Assembly: GCF_018977255.1 (NCBI RefSeq)
Contig: NW_024704742.1
Location: 48,734,001-48,798,000 of the forward strand
Length of the DNA stretch: 64,000 nt
DNA from: Callorhinchus milii
Taxonomy: Eukaryota
Reading direction: 5' to 3'
The translations under genes and the position numbers were made by a program. Of the stretch, positions 1 through 13,134 are shown piece after piece. Numbering within the stretch: the stretch's first letter is position 1; the number at the start of each line of letters is the position of its first letter. Under the pieces are notes generated by a model, which was given only the letters and a program-made list of their open reading frames with translations, ran no database searches and was not told the origin of the DNA.

Positions 1-1045
1 GACTGAACATCCACAGCCTTCTGGGGTAGAGAATTCTACAAATTCACTATCCACTGAGTGAAGAAATGTTTCCTCAACTCAGTTTGAAAAGGCTGACCCT
101 TAATCTTGAGACTATGACCCTTAGTTTTAGATTCTCCAACCAGGGGAAACAGTCTCATAGCATCTACCCTGTCAAGACCCTTAAGAATCTTATAGGTTTC
201 TATAAGTTCACCTCTAATTCTTCGATATTCTAGAGAATATAGGCCTAATTTACTCAACCTATCCTCATAGGTCAACCCTCCTCATCCCAGAAACCAACCT
301 AGTGAATCTACGCTGCAGATTATGTCTGCAGTATGTCCTAAGGCAAGTATGTCCTTTCTTAAATAAGGAGACCAAAACTGCACACAATATTCTAGGTGTG
401 GTCTCACCAAGGCCTTATACAACTGCAGCAAGACTTCTCTATTCTTGTACTCTAACCCTTTTGCAATAAACGCCAACATGGCATTAGCCTTCCTAGTTGC
501 TTGCTGTACCTGCATACTAACGTTTTGTGACTGGTGTACAAGGACACCCAAATCCCTTTGAACACTACCACTATCTAGTCTCCCCCCCTCTAGAAAATAA
601 TCTGCTTTTCCATTTTTACTGCCTAGGTGAATAACTTCACACTTGCCCACATTATACTCCATCTGCCACCTTCTTATCCACTCACCTAGCCTGTCTATTT
701 CCCTTTGCATTCTTTGTGTGTCATCCTCACATCTTACTCTCCCACCTATCTTCGTATCGTCCACTAATTTAGATATGTTGAGTTCTATTTTCTCATCTAA
801 ATCGTTGATATAGACTGTAAATAATTGAGGTGCAAGCACTGCTTCTTGTGGCACTCCACTTGTCACATCCTGCCAATCTGAGAAGGACCCGTTTATCCCT
901 ACTCTCTGTTTTCTTCCTGTTAGTCACTCTCCAATCCATGCTGATATATTACCTTTAATTTTATGGGCTCTAATCTTATGCAACAGCTTTTATGTGGCAC
1001 CTTGTCGAATGCCTTCTGGAAACCCAAATACACCACATCTACTGA
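1..1045 (-). mobile_element. CR1-clade LINE fragment (RT and C-terminal ORF2), 5'-truncated, runs off the window start
   Basis: Frameshifted ORFs with DVVYLGFQKAFDKVPH, TSGVPQ, DDTKIGG, RPHLEYCVQFWSP, RRIRGELIETYKI. Closely similar to the 18.8-21.35 kb copy. Confidence 0.93.
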
Positions 1046-1380
1046 ACCTGCCTGCACCCTCCGCTCGGCAGGCTCCGGCCTGTTCCATGTCTGCCGCCCG
1101 ACCCACCCTACCATCGGCGGCCGAGCTTTCAGCCTCTCTGCTCCCACCCTTTGGAACTCTATCCCACAACTCCTTTGTCTTGCTGCCTCTCTTGCTTCCT
1201 TCAAGGCATGACTCAAGACCCTCCTTTTTGACCGTGCCTTCAACCGTCCTCCTATCCCCTCTGCTCTCCCTCATCCCACCCTGCCCTCCCACGCTCGGGT
1301 CCTGATCCCTGATTATTCAGTCACTTGTGATTTCCTCCCGACGTGAAAGGCGCTTTACAAATGTAATTTTGTTGTTGTTT
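1046..1380 (+). mobile_element. L2 LINE 3' fragment
   Basis: PTIGGRAFSLSAPTLWNSIP motif, tail cctcccgacgtgaaaggcgct...ttgttgttg. Confidence 0.88.
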
Positions 1381-2089
1381 AAGGCTGAGAGCTGACAGTG
1401 TGGGGAATCACAGGGAGAGTCTCAAATCCTATCACCCCATTGCATAATATGCTAGGAAGCTGTGGCATGACACTACCCTAAATTATGTACACAGGTAAAA
1501 TAGGAGAAAAATGTACTCTAAAGGTTCACACGGGTTCAACCCCCAGAAAAGCTGCTGGAGTTTTGCAAGGTATTGCAAGACGTTTATTGTTGCATTCAAG
1601 GGATTGTTCCTGGTGGCATTGACGCAAATCTTGACTTCACTGATTCTAGGCCACACAACCATGTGTTTGATGTGTCGGCCTCAACCCATGTACTGAGCAG
1701 TATTTTTAATTAAAGAGGAAGCAGATAAGGGAGGATATTGCTCAGTGCTTATGATGCAGAGCATAGTAATTATGCAAAAGTGGAAATATAAAAGTAGAAA
1801 CATTTGAAGCTATGGAAGCTGAATGAATGTGTTTAAGTGTGAGGCTTGGAGTCTGGGGAATGCTTTGGTTTCTCATTTCTTCTGGGTCAGAGGCAATGGA
1901 ATTTTCTTGCACTGGTGTTACAAAGAGTGTAGATTAATGCATTGAGGATAAACTATAGCTGCAATTGCAATATACTCAAAGGAATTTAAATGATACCATA
2001 AAACAAGGGAAGAGAGTTTTATACACTGTCTGATTCTTGAGATTTATTGCCTTGAAGAGTAAGATTAATATGAATTAGAGCAAAGAAGG

Positions 2090-2265
2090 TGATCTCAGTT
2101 CTCTGTTCTGTCCACATTCTCCTCTCTTTGACTGCTTGTTAGCATAACAGGACCTCGCCCAAGTGACTGTTTTTCATGTTTGACTCTTGACAGTAAATGT
2201 TAGCAGGATGTTCGACTGTGGTTGGGGGTGGGGAACGGGCATCATAGCAAAAGCCTGATTCCTAG
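2090..2265 (-). repeat. old SINE-like repeat, fragment (family also at 25.6, 34.2 and 61.3 kb)
   Basis: Shared motif ccaagtgac...catgtgtgag...gacagt...catcatagc among four loci. Confidence 0.5.
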
Positions 2266-3987
2266 CGCCTCGGTACATCTTTCCAAAGTGAAAGGCGCTA
2301 TATGAATGCAACTTGTTGTTGTTTTGACCTGTTTTCCCTCAACATTTCCACACACACAATGCAGAGGGTGTGCCTTGTATTGCATCAGATTCCATTTAAA
2401 CCCTTTGCACCCACAAGTAGAATAAATTGTCATTTTTGTGAACAATTTAAAGATAGTTTGGAGGCATTTTCCTTTTTCAAAGGAATCCTGACAGCTACTA
2501 AATGTGAATTGTCGCTTGAAGCTATTTTTCATTGCAGAAAGGGCTGTCTGTCTGCTATGTGAGAATGGTTTGGTCACATGCTCTTGTGTTTATGAGAAAA
2601 TGTTTCTGAGTGCTTTCAGTCAATACAAATAAAATAAACATTTATGTCCTGAACTTTCTTGTTATGGTGGCCTTAAGAACTACAGAAAAAAAAGGCTTCC
2701 AAAGTATGACTGAATTTAATACATTTCCAAAATTCTGCATGATCTCTGGTTTTAAGATACTGGTCTTACAGCTCAGACCATGAGGTATTTCAGGTCTCTG
2801 CTAAATAGGTAACCACATTCACACAGCTTCAGTGAGCTGCCAATGCAAACTGGGAGCTGAAAATGAGGCCCCGTCTGTTAAAGTGGTTTATATTATGAAG
2901 TGCTGGTCCTTGTCGGATCGTCCCAGCCTTTGTCCTTTGTCTCATATGCTCAAGGAGGGTGAGTGACCTTCACCAAGTGTACAGTTAACATTGGGTTTTC
3001 AGCTGTTAACATGTCATTAGGATAGTTCCAGGGATTCTTACTGAGGCCAGGGAAGGTGAACTGTATTGCAGCAGCTGAAGGGACTTGGCAGATTGTCACG
3101 TTCGGGATAGTGACGTGATGATCAGCAATGTAGATTATTTCAAAAGTAACCATGATCAGAGCTCCGAAACGCTATCCTGCCTGAAAGATCCTTATATAAA
3201 TGCAAGTTGTTGTTGTTATTAATAATATCAATAATAAATAGATATTAATAAACCCCATACCCACTTTTCAGAGCATTTAGTACAACACCACCAAAATTAC
3301 ATTTATAGAGCGCCTTTCACATGGGGAGGATGTCCCAAGTGCCCAGGGACGTCCCAATTTTATGAGGTGCTAAGAATCTATGATAATTTCAACATCTCAG
3401 GTAGCTCACTTCACCAGCTCTAAACAGGAACCAGAAGTTCTCTGTTCGAATCCTGGTTGGAGCTCAGCTCTGCCTCATGAAGAGGGAAGTAGCAATGTAT
3501 ATGAAAGATAGAGGTGTGAAGGGTTTTTGGGAAAGGATGGGGATGCAGGATTGAATGAACAGCTTGCTCTGAGAACTCATGCAGATTCGATGGGCTGAAT
3601 GGCCTCCTACTGCACTGAAAAGCTGAAATTATGGCTTGCTTATTGCTGCTTTTGACTGTCGATTAGTGGATTGCCTGCTTTCTAGTAAATACTACTGCCA
3701 CTTATAATAATTCTTGCATTTGATATAGGCCCTTATCCAATGGTGCAAAATTAGGGAGAAAGGAATAGAGAAGTATAGGAGGGAGGGGGCTTATATGCAG
3801 TATAAACACCGACATGGGCTAGTTGGGGCCAAATGGCCTGTTTTTGTGCCGTATCACTTTTATCTAACTCTGAAAATCTAAAAAATGGATACAAAATGTG
3901 AAACAGTGGAGAAAACAAAAGGATATGAGGAGAGTGTGTGGAATAAACTATAAAAGGATTTTAAGACCTTTATGGACACAAAGAATA

Positions 3988-4322
3988 AGAGGACCTGGGT
4001 TTGATTCCTGGTCAGGGGGAAACCTTGGGCATGTTTCCTTGCTCCACACACCTGTGTTTGCCTGGTGATGAGTGGGAGTAAATAATATTCAATTGGCGGG
4101 TTGCTTTTCCGGGGGTAATAATCCCTTCAAAAAACAATAATGATAACAATTTGGTCAATCAGTCCATGACTGCTTGTGGGATGCTGCTGTGCACGGTTGG
4201 CTGCTGCGTTTTGCCCACAAGGCATTCAGACAATTACTTTACAGTATATTTTGTAAAGCGCTTTGAGACGTTTCAAAGATGTGATAAGGCGCTATATCAA
4301 ATGCAAGGATTATTATTATTAT
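3988..4322 (+). mobile_element. tRNA-derived SINE, family B (no Deu domain), 5' end clipped
   Basis: B-box-like gggtttgattcc, body similar to 6353-6720, tail aaatgcaaggattattat. Confidence 0.85.
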
Positions 4323-5507
4323 AAAACGCTGGTATCCTGCCAACTGACCATCAAACGCCGTGCTGTGGGCCAGGCATCCCAACATTGTGGATCAAATTGT
4401 TCTGACTTCAACATTGAGAATAACATCGGGAAATCCATCTCCAGCCCATTCACTGTGATAAATATCAAATGGATCATAAGCTTGATCCCTATGCTCTTGA
4501 TAGAGTCTTGTGGCATTGCAAGAGCCCTTTCCTGCTGTTTGCTGCTTTCATATAAAGAAATAGTGTGCAATGGGCCACATAGCAAAGCACTGATACCTGA
4601 CCATTAGCATTATAGACCAGTATGGAAAGCCGGGGGTTAATGCCCAGAGAAATACACCTCAACATTTGTGTCGATTACTGTGCAGAAATTTACAATTTCG
4701 CTTCTGGATGCAAGGGAGTGTAAAACCAGTGCTGCAATTCATCTCCTTTTTATTGCTGGCACTGAATAGTGGTGCGTTTTCCTCATCGCCAGTGAAATTA
4801 TAACAGTTTAATGGCCTTCAAACGTATGCGCTCACTTGCTCCTGTTTTTAAAATGAGATTTTATTGCTGCTGCTGATGCTGTATGATTCATCCTGAGGGT
4901 GTCTATGATCTGGTGTGATCAGATCAACAAAATTGCAAATGAAGAGCAGTTAAAAATATCCCCTAAAAGCCGTCTTTCGAACTTGGGCCTTGACCCTGTT
5001 TGGGCCTGGATATTGTCAGCGACATCAGATGCCATTGTGGAGATCTGGTTTTGCTGGGTTTCAGTCAGCTTGAGGCGGGAGGCGAGTGGGACTTGGTGCT
5101 GCTGTGCCACCACAGGCTTCTCTGCTGCATAATGGATGAGGAAGATTGATGCGGTTAGCAGGTGTTTCGACAAAGGAAGGGAATCTGCTCGCTGTTATTG
5201 TTTTGTGCCTTGACGCATCAGCCGACCCAAAACAAATGCTCCTCTGTCAGTGGTTGACAATACGAGTGCCACGTTCCTTCTGCGTTTTCAGATGATCCTC
5301 CCAGATGAGCAACTTAGAAATATATTTAAACGCTTGGCCTTTTTGTTGAACTTAGGCAAATAGAAAGTAAAACAGAACACAGTACATGTTATACTGGGGC
5401 AGCAGCCAGATTTGTACATATATGCTGTGAGGATTTTGAAGTGGATCTCTAGGCTTCAACCTAAATGTACTATACAGCTACTGAATAAGGGGCCATCTGC
5501 ACTTATT

Positions 5508-5650
5508 GATAATAATAATAACCCTTGCATTTGATATAGTGCCTTATCACGTCTTTGAGACGTCTCAAAGCACTTCACAGAATATACTGTAAAGTGATTT
5601 GACTGTATATTTTGTGGTGAAATACAAGAGTTAACATCGCTGCCAACTGC
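5508..5650 (-). mobile_element. SINE 3' tail fragment
   Basis: (aat)n ccttgcatttgatatagtgccttatcac tail. Confidence 0.8.
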
Positions 5651-6099
5651 TCTATATTTATTAAGCATCAATTGACTGACCTTGAAAATGTGTGATACAA
5701 CATTTTAAAATTTAAACTTGTGGACAGAATTGAGATTCTTCTGATCTCTTGATTTATGTTAACAAAATATACAGCATTTGAGACAAAAGCATTTCAGACT
5801 GCATGGAGGTCATGTAGAATGTATTAAATAATAGCTGAGCCAATCAGCCTTTCGCTAGCATTTTTGAGATGTTATCTGCTGTGAAAGACGCTGCATAAGT
5901 GCAGGTTTTGTTAAATCTTCATCTATTTTAAATTCAACGTACAGTCCTTGCTATTCAGTTTCTGCCCTCTGGAGTACGAAACTATTGTTGCAAGATCTAT
6001 ATAGCTGCAATAAAAGCAGAACATTTTCTTCCTGTGAATGTAATATTCATAGGGAGAAACATATTTTGATAACCTTCTAAGTAGGTTGTGCAACTAGAA

Positions 6100-6352
6100 C
6101 TGAGTAGGACCTTCGAATGAGATGTTAAATTGAGGTACTGTTTGCCTGTTCAAGCGACGTTAAAGATCCCATGGCACTATTCGCAAAGAGAAGGGAGTTT
6201 CTCCCGGTATCCTGGCCAGTACAACCCCAAATAAAATTGGTCACTTACTTCACGGCTGTTTGTGAGACTTTGCTGTTGCCAAGTTTTGTCCACAAAATGC
6301 ACAGTCCATTCACTTTACAATATATCCTGTGAAGCCCTTTGAGACATCTCAA
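6100..6352 (+). mobile_element. Deu-domain SINE (family A) fragment
   Basis: gatgttaaa..gagg..gcctgttca..gttaaagatcccatggcactattcg..cctggcca, the DeuSINE core (AmnSINE1/SacSINE1 superfamily). Confidence 0.8.
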
Positions 6353-6722
6353 AGGAGTCCTGTAGCTCAGTGGATAGAGCACTCGCCTCACATGTGAGAG
6401 ACCTGGGTTTGATTCACGGCAGGGCGAAATGTGCAAGTTGCCTTACTCTACACGCCTGTTTACTTAGCAGAAGAAGGAACCTGGTTGTTAGTCGATTGGT
6501 GGATCGCTTTTCCGGGGGAATAATTCCTTCAAAAAAAATTAATAATAAAAAATTGGTTACTTCAATCCACGGCTGTTTGTGAGACACTGCTGTGTGCAAT
6601 TGGCTGCCGCGTTTTGCCCACAAAATATGCAGACAATTCACTTTGCAGTATATTCTATGAAGCACTTTGAGACGTCTCGATGATGTGATAAGGCGCTATA
6701 TCAGATGCAAGGATTATTATTT
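6353..6722 (+). mobile_element. full-length tRNA-derived SINE, family B
   Basis: Head gtagctcagtggatagagcactcg...gggtttgattc (A and B boxes), body, L2-like tail ending (tat)n. Confidence 0.9.
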
Positions 6723-6767
6723 CTTATTTTATTATCTGTGGAAGGAAAGAGAACAAGTTTGAATAAT

Positions 6768-9700
6768 ACAACACAAAATTACATTTGTAAAGCGCCTTTC
6801 ATGTTGGGAGGATGTCCCAAGGTGCTGAACAGTCAGGGATTAGGACCCCCGGAGGGGGGTGTGGGATGGGATCAGGAAGGGTGGAGGTCAGAAGGGTGGC
6901 CGAAGGCATGGTTGAAGAGGAGGGTCTTGAGGCTTGCCTTGAAGGAGGCAAGGGAGGGAGCGAGGTGAAGGGAATGTGGGATGGAGTTCCAGAGGATGGG
7001 GGCAGAGAGGCTGAAGGCCCGGCTGCCGATGTGGGCTGGGTTAAGTGGGGGACGTGGAGCAGGCCAGAGCCTGCTGAACGGGGGAGCGAAAAGGTTGATA
7101 AGAAGCTAGCAGGTTGGAGAGGTAGGAGGGTACAAGGCCATGGGGGGCCTTGAAGGTGAGGATGAGAATTTTGAACTTGATCCTCTGAGGGCTGGGGAGC
7201 CAGTGGAGCCGGATGGGGGTGATGGGGTCATGGAGGCTGGTGTGGCAGAGGACATGAGCTGCAGGGTTCTGGATGATCTGAAGCTTGTGGAGGAAAGAGT
7301 TGGGAAGGCTGACAAGCAGGGCATTGGCATAGTCGAGCCTAGATGCAATGAAGGCATGTATGAGGGTTTCGGTGGTTTGATGGGTGAGGCAGTGACGGAG
7401 TCGGGCAATGTTGTGGAGGTGGGGGAAGGCAGAGCGGGTCATGGCATGGATGTGTGAGAGAAAGGACAGTTGAGTAATAGTAATCCTTGCATTTGATATA
7501 GCGCTTTTCACTTCTTCTAGGCGTCTCAAAGCTCTTCACAGAATAGATTGTAAAGTGAATTGACTGTATATTTGTTGGTTGAACAAGACATCTAGGTTCC
7601 TGACTGGCTGGGTGAGGTGGAGAGTGTATCCGTGGATTATGATGCTGTCAGTGCCTGAGGTGCGGACACGCTGGCATGAACCAATCAGGAGAGCCTCGGT
7701 CTTACTGATGTTCACCTGTAGAAAGTTGGCTTTCATCCAGGACTTGATGTCTGACAGACATTCTGTCAGGACAGCAGTGGTCCTGGAGTCGAGGGTGGAG
7801 GCAGACAGATAGAGTTGTGTGTCATCTGCATACATGCGGAAGTTGACGCCATGTCTGCCAATGATGTCACCAAGAGGGAGCATGTAGAGGTTGAAGAGGA
7901 GAGGACCAAGGACAGAGCCCTGAGGAACACCACACAAGATGGTGCAGTGGCTGGAGGAGAAGCCATTTGTGGAGATAAAGTGGAGCTGGTATGTAAGATA
8001 GGATCTGAACCATTCAAGGACAGAACCTTGAAGAGGTGAGGGGAGAGGTGGTGGAGGCAGATAGAGTGGTCCACAATGTTGAAGGCAGCAGAGGGGTTTA
8101 GGAGGACAAGGAGACAGAGGAAGCCCTGGTCACAGGTGGACAGAATGTAATTTGTCACCTTGACTAGGGCTGTTTCCATGCTGTGGATTGGAGGGGTTCA
8201 TAAAGGGAGTGGCAGGAGCGGAAGGAGTGATGCTGGGAAGCAACAACACTTTCAAGGACCTTGGAAAGGAAAGGGAGGTTGGAAATTGGGCAGTATTTAG
8301 TGAGCAGGGATGGGTCCAGGGAAGGTTTTTTTTAGGATAGGGGTGATGACAGCTGTTTTTAGGGGGGTGGGAACGGTGCCAGTTGACAGGGAGAGGTTGA
8401 TGAGTTCTGACAGTAAAGGGGCGAGAAGGTGGAGCTGGGAGGTAAGGAGAGGGGTAGGGATGGGGTCGAGGGAGCAGGTGGTAGTCTTCATGCAGGTTAT
8501 AGTAGTGGTGAGAGATGAGGAAGAGACAGGTTTGAGGGTGTATAGGTAGAGATGGGTAGGGGCCAAAGTGTGAGGGAGAGATGGGGAGGGAGTGGCGATT
8601 GGGAGAGTGGAGGAGGCTGAACGGATCCCCTTGATTTTGGTCTTGAGGAAATACAGCATCTCCTTGGAGTTGGAGGAAGGGATGGGCGAGGCTTGAGAGG
8701 GTGGATGGAGGAGCCGGTTGCTAGTAGAGAATAAGAGCTTGGGGTTGTCCTTGGCCTCAAAGATTACCTTGGAATAGAAGGATGATTTAGCAGAGGCGAG
8801 GGCGGAGCAGTAAGCTTTTATGTGGTCCAGGCAGATCTGCCGGTGGACTGTTAAATCAGGTTTGAGTCAAGTGCATTCAGTGGCACGCACCTGACCCTTG
8901 AGTGAGCGGAGGTGGCTGGTGTACCAGGGTGAGTTGCGTGAGTAAGAGGTGGTTCGAGAGGTGAAGGGGGCAAGGGCATTGAGAATAGTGGAGAGGGAGT
9001 TGTGGAGGAGAGTGACCGAGGAGGATATGTCGATGCGGGAGGTAGGCAAGAGGGGGAGGAGTTCAGACAACTCCAGGGCAGTGGAGAGGGAGTGTGGAGA
9101 GAGAGAAGTCGGTGGAGATAGAGCAAGAGGGGGTGAAGTGCAGGTTGAAGATGCCTGGGATAAGGAGTTGTTCAGAACAGAGGCAGAGGGAAGCTAGGAG
9201 TGTGGAGATGTCAGAGAATGAAGGTGGGGGAGGGTTTGGAGGGACAATAAATCAGAAGAATTTTGAGGGAAAGATTGGAGGTAAGGTGCTCAAAGGAGGG
9301 GAATGAGCCATAGGAGTAAGGGGATAGAGCAAGTGAGGACCTGGAGATGAGGGCTACACCACCGCCATGATGGTTAGGAGGTGGGGTGTGGTGGCAGGTA
9401 TAGCCAGGTGGTTTGGCCTCAATCAAGTGGAAAGTGTTGCCTGGGGTGATCTAGATGTCAATGAGGGCCAGAATATCGAGGTTTTCATCAATGATGATGT
9501 CGTTAATGGCGAGAGCCTTGTTTGAAAGGGAGCTGACATTTTGTAAGCTGATGTGGAGGCGACAGTTGGCAGAGGAATGTGTGAGATGGGAGAGAGTGGT
9601 GGGAGGATTGGCAGGGAGAGTGGGAATGTGAGAGGAGAGGTTGGCCCCTGGGGTCTGGGTCTGGTGAGGTTTGCGGTGATAATGGGGAATGGGGCAGTCA

Positions 9701-10100
9701 GTGTGGCTGCTGCTGGGCAGCCAATGCCGAGTGCCACGGTGAGCCTGACCGAGGATTCCCAGACTGGAGTAGAGGGAGGCTGTGGGACAGTCAAATGGGG
9801 TTAGGAGGCGAGGAGGATGGAGAGAGAGGAGGACAGAGCGGAAGAGTTGCAGGGTAGGGAGCATTTTGGGGAAAAAGCAGCTCAGGTCTGGGGCGGCAGC
9901 CAAGATGCGCACTCCAAGACTTGAGACAGGTGGTTAGTGGGGCATAGTCAGCTCACAATCATGAAGACTGGGGGAGCTGGAGGTGGCGCAGAGGGGGGAG
10001 AGGGGGTAGGGCACTCATTGTTTTATCCAGGTTGCCCAATCTGGAAGATAACACCGCGCAGCCTGCAGGGAAAAAACAGAGGAGGAGAAGGAGATACTAA
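6768..10100 (-). mobile_element. long degenerate L2 LINE (APE endonuclease + RT ORF2, many frameshifts)
   Basis: LQNVSSLSNKA (endonuclease), TTCSLDPIPT, GVPQGSVLGPLLF..YADDTQLY (RT), SRLDYAN, LHWLP, L2 3' tail at ~6770-6830. The 5' boundary is uncertain. Confidence 0.92.
7474..7577 (-). mobile_element. SINE tail fragment inserted into the L2 ORF2
   Basis: taatccttgcatttgatatagcgc...gtgaattgactgtatatttgt interrupts the L2 LFN..QLSF coding stretch. Confidence 0.85.
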
Positions 10101-10784
10101 TAGATGTACCACACCTGGTTCCAGGGATTCAAACTTGGCAGGTGGAAGTGACTTCACGCAGGGGTTTAGACGGGAAATTGTGAATTTTGCAGAAGGTTAG
10201 GCTGGATTGAGAATAAGTGGAAATAAACACTGATGGTGTGGAATTAGATTGGTACCTTCTCATGGCTCTCATCTTGGACTTGTATTTGCTGTGTGGTTCA
10301 GGATAATCTGCACTCCACAGCTCCAGTCTGGAGCACTTTATTGTTCGGGACCGGGAGACTGTTTAATTCCCTTTACAGGCAGTTGTTAGCAGCAGCCACC
10401 TTGTTCCTCTCAACTTCTGGAACCGATTTGCAACAGCCTTTGATTTTTCACATGCAGTTTCTGTAACTATGGAACCAGTTCAGCTTCACTTGTAAAAGTG
10501 TAAAAGGCAAGCTTTGCGTTGACTATTAATACTGTAAATCATTGGGTTCATAAAATAACATAGAAAGTTACACCTCTGTAAGATTGTTAGCAGTAAAATC
10601 ACTCATTGCGATTTTACTCCTTGCAATGTAACATGTTTATACATTACAGATATTTTCTAAACATGAATTGCTACTTTCTTTGGTCAGTTATTATAATGAT
10701 CATTGTATTTGGTATAGTACCTTTAATGTCAGAAAGGCATCTCAAAACACTTCAAAGGATATACTGTGAGTCATTTGGCCCACC

Positions 10785-11050
10785 ATTCTACGCTGGTGTT
10801 TATACTCCATATGAGCCTCTAATCCTCCTAATCTTTTCTCCCATTTCCCATCTCTCTCATGCATGCATTGAATTTCCTTTTAAATGCACTGATGCTCTCT
10901 ACTTCAACCACAGCTTCCTACAGTGAGTTCCACATTCTCACCACCCTCTGCTTAATGAAGTTCCTCCTAAACTCCCTTTAAGACATGCTTGTGGCTATCT
11001 TATATTTATGATCCCTTGTTTTGGATTCACCATCAAGTGGAAACAGTTCA
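10785..11050 (-). mobile_element. old CR1 3' fragment
   Basis: gagttccacattctcaccaccctctg..aagttcctcct..tatttatgatcccttgtt, the reverse complement of the CR1 ORF2 end. Confidence 0.7.
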
Positions 11051-11109
11051 TTAACATTCATTTACTTGACACTACAATTAAGTTCACTATATTGTATGAT
11101 TATAGGTAA

Positions 11110-11280
11110 TTAACGACTGGAATAGTTTGTCAGGAAGGGTAACTGAGGCCAGGACACTGGATTCTTTTAAAAACAGCTTAATTCTGTGACGCGGGACAGC
11201 AGAGTGGGTCTTCTGGAAGGATGAGATCGGATGGTCCAAATGGCCTTCTTGATCCAAATCAATCCTGTGATCTTGTGAGT
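11110..11280 (+). mobile_element. old CR1 3' end
   Basis: tggaatagtttg..gatggtccaaatggccttct..tcttgtga. Confidence 0.55.
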
Positions 11281-13134
11281 TGCAGAAACTTCAGAAAATC
11301 ATCAGGCAAGAGAGGGTTGAAGTCTCATAGGCTGAATATATAGCCCTGCACCGTTTGTTCCTATTTAGTGGATTTTTTGAGTAAAACAACACAAACTGCA
11401 ATATTCTTCTGGAGCTCTGTAGGGGCTGCTAAGAAGTGTTGAGTGACCACATCGCACTGATTTGAATTTGCGCCAGCTGTATGAAACATCTGCTGCCAGT
11501 GCAAAGCAAACTTTTCCATTTAAAAATATTAACTTAAAACATTCCTGGCCACCTTTGTTTTTTTTAATGATATTAAAGAGCCGGCAGTAATACTCACTGT
11601 TTAAGGTTGAAACAGAACAGGCTTAGAGGATCTCTGCAGATTCCCGTAGGTAGACTTGTGACAAGGCTTTGCTGTATCATGTAGAATCCAGGGCGAGAGC
11701 AATGGAGAAGCAAAGGACTATAGGCTTCTATCGCTTCACCACAGGCAATGCTTCAAACACTTTTGTAAGATTGTTGGCAGTAACATCACTCGTTGTGATT
11801 TTACTCCTTGCAATGTGACATGTTTATGCATTGCAGATATTTTCTAAACACAAATTGCTATTTTCTTTGAAGTCTGTTATTATAATAGTCATTGTATTTG
11901 GTATAGTGCCTTTATGGTCAGAAGGACGTCTCAAAACGCTTCACAGAATACACTGCATAGTATAGGGACAGTGTATTTTGTGGACAAAGCGCAGGAGTAT
12001 TCCTGTTAACAATTCATGTTTTTATGTGCCTTGGGTGAGAGGACAAGAGCTAAGGCCATTCCTGTGTGCTTGCAATCAATGTCTCAGGCAGCACCTGGCA
12101 TGAAGGCAGATTGAGAGGTGGACAGGACTAACTGGGTTAAAGTTCCTTTGTCTTAACAATTGCAGACTCCTTTTAGCATTTAAAAAATATCAGCAAATAT
12201 CATTCATAAGAATAAGGAAAAGCAAGGGTTTTATATACTTTATTAAAAACAATGTTCTCCCCCTTTAGTGCTTGGTCTTGTATGGAAAATACCTTGAATC
12301 ATGAACTCCCTCAGTGCTGCAGTATCAATTAAACTTTAAACCAATGATATTGGACCATTTGAAGAGTGGGAATTTCTTTTTCATGCAGTCCTCATTCCAG
12401 CAGAGATTGACAATAGACCGTGAATGGAATAACCTCCGTCTATTGACCAGATGGCAGGTCCAATGAGAAACTATGATATTCTGAATAAGCGGATGGTGAC
12501 CCAGTTATTCCGCATCCCGCATCTCTGAGTCTCAGCTTCTTCTCTCCTTCCATTCATAACACAGACAGGTTTGCCTACTGGTCTAATATACTGTTTGTAC
12601 AAGCTTGCCTTGTTCTACTATTTTTTTTGTGTTTGTGTATTGTCACTTAGAGAGGTGCTCTGACCCATTCATTGTCGTGTCTTTTCTGAACTGCACCGAA
12701 AAGCCTCACATAAAGAGCTGCAATGGCATAATTGTGACTCGTTATATTTTCAAATTTCTGTGCGAGCTGCAAATGATTAACATGCATTAAGGTACTGTGT
12801 GATATTCTGTTAAAGTGTATTGTTTAAGCTATAAAATGCAGACTTTTCGCAATTACTTTTAAGATGCTTTGACGTGATAGAAACTGTATCAAATGCAAGG
12901 ATTGTTGTATTATTAATCTTTGAAATACAGATGGATTTCTTTGATATTGGGCTGTTGGATTAACATACAGAATGTTGCGTGCTCTGATGGAGGCTCTGAC
13001 ACAATGTGTTATGAACACGCTGATGGAGGTCTTCTCCATGACTCCCATCTGTGGTTACACATGTGTCCAGGAATAATCACATAGAAATTCTCATATCGCC
13101 CACACCTGTCAGTCACTCGTCTACGACTGCCATC

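Noticed and set aside
6356..6430. tRNA gene-like sequence (also 24420-24490 and 35995-36063)
   Set aside because: These are SINE heads: they are followed by SINE body and tail, have no proper acceptor stem, and the anticodon loop varies between copies.
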